Part shown: positions 55,701-64,000 of the stretch, piece after piece
Numbering within the stretch: the first letter of the stretch is position 1
Layout: each line of letters opens with the position of its first letter
From: Octopus sinensis
Lineage: Eukaryota
Length of the DNA: 64,000 nt
Assembly (NCBI RefSeq): GCF_006345805.1
Contig: NC_043007.1
Span: 72,540,001 to 72,604,000 of the forward strand
Direction: 5' to 3'
Notes under the pieces: generated by a model
The model's database searches: none
What the model was told of the DNA's origin: nothing
Seen by the model: only the letters and a program-made list of their open reading frames with translations
Translations under genes and position numbers: made by a program

Positions 55701-56924
55701 ATTTCAGTTCATCTCACCTGTCCATTACCCACCTTTAATCCAGTTTCTGGAACACCATCCCCCCTGCATACATACACTCACACATACATTCCCATCAAGA
55801 GATGTTACTGGTCTTCATATCAAACTCCGCCTTTCTATGGACTGAAACAACCTCAATTCTCTTTTTCTTTTTTTTTTTAAATCTTCCACCCTTGCTCTTA
55901 CTGCCCCTCTTTACACTTCCTACTCCTACCCCTCCTCATTCCCACCTCCCCTCCTTCTACCTCCCATTCTTACTCCTACCTTTTTTCTCTTTTCAGTGTT
56001 ATGACCAGTGTATTCACACTTATACATACTGACACACCTCTCCACCCCTTATATCTACACACTTTGACCTTTTCTTCCCTTTTTCTTTCTACAACAGTTA
56101 ATAAATGCCCTACCTTCCCCACACTTGTATTACATTTGAGTATTTTGGGATATTTTATGTTTACATACATGTTTTTATATCCGATATGGTAGGGTCTTAT
56201 GTATATAATATACTGACTTGAAAATCTTTGATCTCTTGAGATTTATAAAAGCAATGATGAAGCAAAAACTTCCTTTAGAGATGTTTAAAATCTATCAACA
56301 ATAACCCAGGAATATGACACCTATAAGATCTGTTGAGTAAAAACTTATGGACAATATAGGCAATGTACAGTGGAGTCATCTTGAAAATCAACTGGTGAAA
56401 AACATCATATATATATATAGAGAGAGAGGGGGGTCAGGAGACAGAGGGAGGGAGAGAATGTACTGATGCTGATTATGAATGTCAGTAACATGGTTGCGGA
56501 GGGAATATCTTAGTGTAGCATAATGCACGCCAAATACAAATATGGTAGGGTCTCACATGGAATATATTTATTCGAAAAAATTTAATCAAATAAGATTATA
56601 AAAGGAATTATAAGACAAAATTTGGCTTTCTCCTTCCCTCATATTGTCCACCCCGCAAACATCTGTATCTACTTCTGTTTAACTTGTCACTATCACATTT
56701 CAATTTCTCTCCCCTGCTCACTGACCTACTATCAATAACTGTTTAAATAATATTTTCAGTCCTAATGCCAACATTGTAAAGCACCTCTCTCTCTATCTCA
56801 ATCCTGAAGCATTAATATTCTCCTACAACTGCATAACAAACTTATCCAAATTTACAACTTCCCAATATGTGTGAGTAGACAGACAGACAGAGATATACAT
56901 GTGTGTGTAGATGGACACACACCA

Positions 56925-57310
56925 TCATCATCATCACTATTATTAAAATTTACTTTTCCATGCTTGCGTGGGTCAGATGAAACTTTGTCCAATCATGTTT
57001 TCTATGGCCACATGCCCTTTCTTGTCACCAACCCTCACCTGTTTCCAACCAAGGTAATATTTACTCATTGCTAGACATGCATGTACAAAATATTGGAAAT
57101 AGATGACACTGCTTGCGTGTTGGTGATGTTTGTTTACAATCATCACATGTTATCAAAACAAGGGTTCAAACAATATATATACATACACACATCATAGGCT
57201 TTCAGTTTCTGTATACTAAATCCACTCACAAGGATTTGGTCAGACCACAGCTACAATAGAAGGCAGTTGCCATGCAGTGGGACCATATCCAAGAATATAT
57301 GGTTTCTCCT
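56925..57310 (-). mobile_element. SINE A-head variant with RTE-like (ATG)n tail
   Basis: ttccatgcttgcgtgggtcagatg tail plus tttcagtttctg...aaatccactcacaagg head; same architecture as 21068-21370. Confidence 0.65.
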
Positions 57311-59814
57311 GAAGATAGCAATGACATGAAACTTGAGTGGCAAAGCAAACTCTCAGCTTCAGTTTCAATAAAACAATAAACCCCCTTCTATCTTTCTCTC
57401 TCTCTGTCTCTCCCCCTCTCTCACATATATGCACACATTGCACTGATCCTCAGGACAGAACTGTTAGCACTCATATCTTTTCTTTTATATCTGCCAGTAT
57501 AGGTTTGTTCTTTTGTTTATGTATCTTCGTTCTGTTGGTTGGACTTAAGTGTTTTTCCTAGATTTATCTTGGAACATTCATTGGTTGGTTTATAATTTGT
57601 GTTTGCATTTTCTTTAATTTTTGCTTTTGACATTTTTGTTCAGTTTTCACCATTCTGTTGGTTACTTATATGTTTGCTTGTTTTTTATGCTTTTGTTGTC
57701 TATATTTTTATATACTTGACAGGCAAAAACTTTTGTGTCTTTTGGGGAAATTTTTTTTTTCAATCATTACGCATATTAAATTGGTAATTCATACAGAAAA
57801 TTAGGTGTGTCTTTTGAGGTGTTTGCCATGCTATTGATTACTTTTACATTTTTGTTGATTCTTTAAATTTTATTTTGCATAAACATATTTGTAAGAGATG
57901 CCTCATATTTTTGTTTTGTTTTCTTTTTTTTTCTTAATTTTTAAAACAACTAAATTGTGTAAACAGTTTCATATGTTATTTTGTGAATTTTTTTTTCTTT
58001 TCATGTAATTGGTCACAGTTAATATTGTCATTATGCAGAAATGCTTATTGTTATGTTTATTCAAACACTTTGTTTTGTTTTTTTTTGTTTTATATGGTTG
58101 TGTGTTTGTGTAGTAATTTTTTGTAACTGTATGTAGCCCGATTCCTGTAAGTGTTTCTACATACATGCACATTTGTTGTTTTGAGAGTGTGGAGGATCTG
58201 TATTGTTTCTTCTATTCTGTTAGTATTGAGACCTCTATGTTAATAACTCTGATTATAGTTTGAACCAGTGGCTGCAGCATGGCGTAATTTCATTTTTCCT
58301 ATCAGCTAGTGTATGCTTTGTGTGTGTATATTGTATTTTTCTGTGATGTACTGGAGGGATGTCTCTTAACCATTTGTATTAAACTGCTTAGTCTATTATT
58401 TCCTATTTTATGTTTGTGTTCATGTTATTTTCCCTTTAATTCCAGATGTGTTTAGACAAGGACATTGCATTTCTTTGGAATGTGTTCAAGTGTTGTGTGT
58501 ATCTAGCTGGTTGCACTGATATAATTTCACCATTATTGTTGTCCTACTACTACTGTTGCTTTGTGAACTACATTTTTCAAGATAGTTTCTAGTTGATGAG
58601 CTTGGCCTTTGTCTGCTACACTTGCATGTGCTTTGTGCTATATGTTGTGTGTTTCTCAATATGTTATTTAGCATATATGACATGTCTTCAATTTTTTTTG
58701 CGCAATTATAGCTAACTTTTCAATTGAATAGCATGTAGTAATTATGTCCAGCTGAAAGTGTTCGATGATTAGTGATAGAAAGGTTCTTGCCACAATTGTC
58801 ACATCATTTAGGCTAAAGGGTGGGTTGAATCAGATAATTTCACATTTCTAAATTTTTTTTTAATGCTGTTTATTTGCATAGCACTGGGTGTGTGTGTATG
58901 TGTGTGTGTGTATATATGTATATACTTTGAACCAGTTTAACTTTTTAAACTTTATTATAAAACGGTGCAGCTTTGTCAGATATGTTAATATATCGTAGAC
59001 CTCTGGCTTATACTGTTGGATGAGTTTTTATTGATTGATGGCTGGAATGTTTGTGTATATATAAAGACACATGATTTGGTTTTGTGTAAGGGTCGTATTT
59101 TCCCATAGTTAAGTTTAATGCCATCTCTAGGTACTTTAATATGGTTAGGTTTATGTGTATTATTTGAGATGGAACTTTTTTGACAACATGATTTTTTTTT
59201 CTCCTCAGTTGGCTTGTGTATGCACACAAGTATCCATAGCAACTGTATACTAGAATCAAGTCATCCCCACCCATGTTGCTCACTAACAGCAACAACCCCC
59301 AACATGTCTTTGGTACACTGGTGCTGCCCCCTCTCCCAACAACAATATCCTAAGTACAGTAGTTTAGAAGTTTGAAATCAGGGGAAGCTAGGAGGTCACA
59401 TGATGTTGGGATTCACATAATCATATATTTTAATATGTATACACACATAATGTATATATTCCTAGAATTATGTAAATAGAACGTACCCTGATAAATTTAA
59501 ACAAATATAAATACATTTTCATATTCCTCTGTGGACAAAATAAACTTAAGATTGTTCTGATTTTAAAAAAATTTTCTTTGGGAATTTACAAGGGAGCAAA
59601 ATACCTACATTTTCTGTCCACAGAGAGACTCATTGCTTATCACTATTTCTATTAAACACTAAACAAAGCCAGTCTAATTTGCATACCTTTGCATTCACTA
59701 ATGACATAGTTAATTAATTAATTAATTTTATTGGCAACGTGGCATATGAAATATTTTGATTGTAGGTATAATTACAATTATTAAATTATGAATGCCACTC
59801 AGAAATATAAACAT

Positions 59815-60070
59815 CACTCACAAGGCTTTGGTCAGCCCGAGGTTATAGTAGAAGACACTTGCCCAAGGCGCCATGCGATGGAATTGAACCTTGTGGTTGG
59901 GAAGCAAACTCCTTTATCATCATCATCGTCGTTTAATATCCGCTTTTAATGTGCTTTTAACATTCGACTGGCACGAGTGCCAATCAGGCAGTACTGTCAT
60001 TGGCCACATCAGCAATTTTGATTTAATTTCACTTGCCTCAATAGGTCTTCACAAGCAAAGTTTATTGTCC
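59815..60070 (-). mobile_element. SINE A head fragment followed by an internally deleted RTE 3'UTR copy
   Basis: cactcacaaggctttggtcagcccgagg...; catcatcatcgtcgtttaatatccgc joined to ttcacttgcctcaataggtcttc. Confidence 0.7.
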
Positions 60071-60094
60071 AATAAATGAGGGGTGCTCATAAGT

Positions 60095-60435
60095 GGGCTG
60101 TAGAAGAGGCAGACCTAAGGAGACATGGGACAAGGTGGTGAAGTATGATTTTCAGGTGTTGTGCCTTACAGGAGCGATAACAAGTGACCAAGACCTCTGG
60201 CGATTTGCTGTCTTTGAGAAAACATGTCAAGCTAAGTAAAATTATAGTCATGGCCAGTGCTAGTGTCACGCAAAAATTGCCCAGAACATTCAGGAGTGGT
60301 TGGCTTTAGGATTGGCATCCAGCCATTGAAACCAAGCCAAAACAAACTGGAGTCCAATTCAGTTCTCCAGCCTACCAACTCAAGTCAGATCATCTTACCC
60401 ATGCTGGCACAGAAAACAGATGCTGAATGATGATG
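60095..60435 (+). mobile_element. RTE 3' fragment (ORF end plus UTR), sense
   Basis: gaggcagacctaaggagacatgggacaaggtggtgaag (GRPKETWDKVVK) through to an (atg)n tail. Confidence 0.8.
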
Positions 60436-60439
60436 GGTA

Positions 60440-61562
60440 TATACAACCCGGATATATATGGGTTGTATTCTTTGTTAACCTTGCTGTGATTCCATTGCAT
60501 CTTTTGTGTGTCCATAGTGTACTGGCTACACCATATAAGATTTCTACCTACACATTGATAAAGGCCATTTTCCTGATAAGAGTAGCATCCTATCTGTTCT
60601 CTTGCTTACTAAAACTTCGGTCATTGCTAAATTAATTTTAAGAGTTTCCTCCAGATTGACAAATGCAAAGTTCAATAGTTTATTTTTGATTAAATACTTC
60701 TTCAGTTCTCTTACTAGAAAAAAAGCATCAGTAGTGCTTCCCCATGACACAAAACCAAACTGCATTTCATTGATGTTAATTCTGTTCCTAATTACTTGAG
60801 CTATAACTATTTCTGTAATTTTCATGACATGATTCAACTATTTGATAGTTCTATAATTACTTCTCTCTAAGGCATCTCTTTAGAAGGACAAATATATTTT
60901 CACATTAACAGAACTTCCATAATTCAATATCCCGCATTGCTTGCCTGTTCATTTTGACACCTTGCATTGATTCTAGAAAGGGAGACTTTGAGAGCATTTG
61001 TCAGTAGCCCAGTTCCTATCTATTAAAAGCGAAAAAAAAAGAAGTAATAATAAACCTCAAGCCCTACTTACATCAAGAAAACACCTCACTCTCTAAACAT
61101 GAGTGGCACTTAGCAAAATCCCTTGCAGTCACTCCAAGTATGTGCCTTACTTTCACTGAAGATCTATCCTGATAAAAGCACATCCTTAGCATAAGTAGGA
61201 CCATATCCTAAAGAGTCACCCTTCTCTTTAGGACACCCACCTCCATTGCTAATTAGGTCCCTTCTTGACAACTATTTCTGGAGAGTTCACTAAGTATTTG
61301 AAAGAATTTGTTTTGCATGTGCTCATACTACTTACTGCTTCTGTGAATCTGCCACATACCAAGTCTACCTTTTCCATTGGCCTACCTATGGTCCTGCTGT
61401 ACATATTTTGCATTAGGTTCACTTTATGGCATTTGTACTTACTACTTTCCTGTCTTTTGAGCATGACCATTTCTGTGATTCTAACATGGTCCTGTTTCCC
61501 CCGCTCTTATTTATTAATGTACTAACTACTTACTAAATCTAACATAGCCCTCTCTCTCTCTG

Positions 61563-61593
<31 letters not shown>

Positions 61594-62150
61594 AAATCAA
61601 TCTTAAAGCATTAATATTCTCTCTTTCTCTCTCAATTCTAAATTTTGCTTCCATATTTTGAATTTCTAAGTCTCTGTTACAGATTTAAATATAAGATCTC
61701 TGTCATCAACATACAGGAGTTCCTATGAGTTGTCAGTCTTAAATCCTTCTGATATAACTTGTAGAATTACTATAAATAGCCAGAAGGTAAAAACTGATCC
61801 TTTTGAACACCAACTTGTATGCTTACCTTGCAGACTACACTTCTGTCCATGGCTTGCATGACCCTAGTTTCTTTAACAATCACCAGATTACAGATTGTGG
61901 AATCCTGTCAAAAGTCTTCTCCAAGTCAATAAATGCCATATTCTTTGCAAGGTACTTTTCCTGCAGTTGTAGTAAGGGCATCAATAATGCAACTTCCTGG
62001 TATAAAACCAACCTGCATCTTATCATGAAGCATATATCAACCTTCACAACCCGAGAGGAGATGCTGCAAAGGTCATGGCTGTTCTTTAATAAAATACTTG
62101 AGTGCAGATGGGTTTGTTGTGATGTGAGAAGAGGATTCTGAGGTATCGAG
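60440..62150 (-). mobile_element. scattered degenerate RTE RT and finger fragments
   Basis: INEMQFGFV..STTDAFFLVR.LKKYL (60544..60837), RPMEKVDLVCGRFTEAV (61249..61470), and [17 protein letters not shown] near 61900-61970. Confidence 0.7.
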
Positions 62151-62182
62151 ATTGAGACTTTTTAGTCTCAGGGAAAGAAAAC

Positions 62183-62470
62183 ATCATCATCATTTAACAT
62201 CCGTTTTCCATGCTGGCCTGGATTGGACTGTTTGACAGGAGTTGGCAAACCAGAGAGCTGCACCAGGCTCCATTTGTCTGTTTTAGCATGGTTTTTATGG
62301 CAGGATGCCCTTCCTAATTCCATCCACTTTACATAATGTACTGGGTGCTTTTTACTTGGCATTAGCACCAGAGCTTTATACATGACACCAGCACAGGTGC
62401 TTTATACATGGCACGAGCACAAGTGCTTCTTACATAGCACCAACGGGGGAGGTTTGTATGTGGCACCAGG
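62183..62470 (-). mobile_element. RTE 3'-end copy with about 24-bp tandem units
   Basis: catcatcatcatttaacatccgttttccatgctgg...ggatgcccttcctaa. Confidence 0.85.
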
Positions 62471-63009
62471 GAAAGAAAAATTTTTTAAAATATGAAATTA
62501 ACAGTTGTATGCAAATTATTCATGCCATACTTAATTTGAAGGTGAAAATGTTAACAAAACCTATATGAAAATTAGCTTAGTACTACTTTGGTTTACAGTT
62601 TAGAAATACAAAACATCTTAATACTTTGTATTGTACAAAAGTATTAAGTAAACAGCTAACAGTTTCTAGAGTCAGAATCTAATTTATGCAGGATAAATAA
62701 AGAAGAAAAGAAAAAAGTTAGTTGCATGGATTGTCTTAATGTTTTAATGTGAAAATAGAAACTTTACAAGAAATGTAGATGGCCATTGATCTGTGGGATT
62801 AGTTGGAAATTTGTCATTAGTGACCATGGAACATATATTGACTCAGTAATATCTAGAAATTAGCAAACTGTAAAACCCTGTTATTTGGATGTTTTTTCTT
62901 GAGCTCTAAGACTCATAAGGCTGGTGACTTGATTTCTGTGGTGTATATAAGTGACTGGAATCACAACATCCCCCTGGACAGGACACTGGTCCCTTGCAGG
63001 ATTCAAGGC

Positions 63010-63200
63010 CAGCAATTCTGACAGGAGGGGACAAGTTGATTATATCAATCCCAGAACATAACTGGTACTTTATTTTATTAACCCCAGAAAGATGAAAGGC
63101 AAAGTTGACCTTGGCAGCATTTGAACTCAGAATGTAAAGAGCTGGAAGAAATGCATTAAACATGTCCAACATGCTAACAACTCTGCCAGTTCGCTACCTC
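63010..63200 (-). mobile_element. SINE family B copy
   Basis: ctggtactttattttattaacccc...gcatttgaactcagaatg. Confidence 0.8.
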
Positions 63201-63351
63201 ATTGTTATTCCAAGAGAAAACAATTATTAAATGAAAGTTTTTTGTTTGTTTTTTAAGCTAGTGTAGGTTATAAATTTCTTAAAGTTTTCGAATGTTCAAT
63301 TGAATATTCAACCCATTAACATTTAAACAGGCTAGATCCAATTCTCTCACA

Positions 63352-63770
63352 CCTACGCAGGAGTGGCTGTGTGGTAAGTAGCTTGTTTACCAACCACATG
63401 GTTCCGGGTTCAGTCCCACTGCGTGGCACCTTGGGCAAGTGTCTTCTGCTATAGCCTCGGGCCGACCAAAGCCTTGTGAGTGGATTTGGTAGACGGAAAC
63501 TGAAAGAAGCCCGTCGTATATATGTATGTGTATATATATATATATATGCGTGCGTGTGTTTGTGTGTCTGTGTTTGTCCCCTTAGCATTGCGTGACAACC
63601 GATGCTAGTGTGTTTATGTCCCCGTTACTTAGCAGTTCGGCAAAAGAGACCGATAGAATAAGTACTGGGCTTACAAAAGAATAAGTCCCGGGGTCGAGTT
63701 GCTCGATTAAAGGCGGTGCTCTAGCATGGCCGCAGTCAAATGACTGAAACAAGTAAAAGAGTAAAAGAGT
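63352..63770 (+). mobile_element. SINE family A, young full-length copy
   Basis: gcaggagtggctgtgtggtaag...ggttccgggttcagtccc...gactgaaacaagtaaaagagtaaaagag. Confidence 0.93.
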
Positions 63771-64000
63771 ACCCTACACTGTTATTATAAAAATAGACAA
63801 TCACATCATCAAAATCTTGAATCATTGTGTTGTGGGAGAATCCTGAACACCCCAACATGACTGAAGGTGACTGATTACAATAAATAAGAGCCGAGTGAAC
63901 TGTCAAAGGGAGAGTTGACTTTTATTGTTGACCATATTGGTTTACTGTGTTCGTTTGAAGTGTGTTGGTTTAACAGTCAGCAGTTGAACAGTGAATACTG

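Noticed and set aside
56760-56870. 111-nt open phase 2-2 exon candidate (PNANIVKHLSLYLNPEAL...)
   Set aside because: No similarity to MAP4K3, weak acceptor, and the sequence recurs near 61520-61625, indicating a repeat
63352-63430. tRNA gene (also heads at 10920-10999, 11152, 38080, 53302)
   Set aside because: A/B-box-like heads continue directly into SINE bodies, and no complete cloverleaf is evident

Overview
AT-rich, repeat-dense animal genomic DNA. The repeat families resemble those I recall from octopus genomes, so the species assignment is an inference. The window holds the middle of one + strand gene, a GCK-I STE20 kinase (MAP4K3/MAP4K5, fly happyhour orthologue). Fourteen GT-AG exons from 3630 to 50292 (58, 91, 65, 104, 43, 73, 132, 63, 82, 196, 35, 53, 39 and 54 nt; 1088 nt total) splice into one open frame: [20 protein letters not shown]...HRDIKGAN...DFG...APE...[12 protein letters not shown]...[30 protein letters not shown]. 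Exon 1 (Gly-rich loop) lies upstream of the window, and the proline-rich/CNH exons were not found and presumably lie downstream. The introns are packed with transposons: a 2.2 kb 5'-truncated RTE LINE plus about a dozen RTE 3'-end copies, two tRNA-type SINE families, a 2.24 kb TTAA-flanked piggyBac, piggyBac and hAT MITEs, and mariner, maT, Tc1, Helitron, Penelope-like and CR1-like remnants. Almost all ORFs in the supplied track are spurious or TE debris. The best leads are: a candidate 9-nt frame-preserving microexon inside an antisense LINE tail; candidate alternative terminal or cryptic exons that would give a CNH-less kinase; several inverted repeats that could be ADAR substrates; a local duplication bracketing the DFG exon; a three-tier nested TE; and a degenerate hammerhead-like motif. 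I found no clearly novel multi-gene system, and all splicing leads need RNA-seq.
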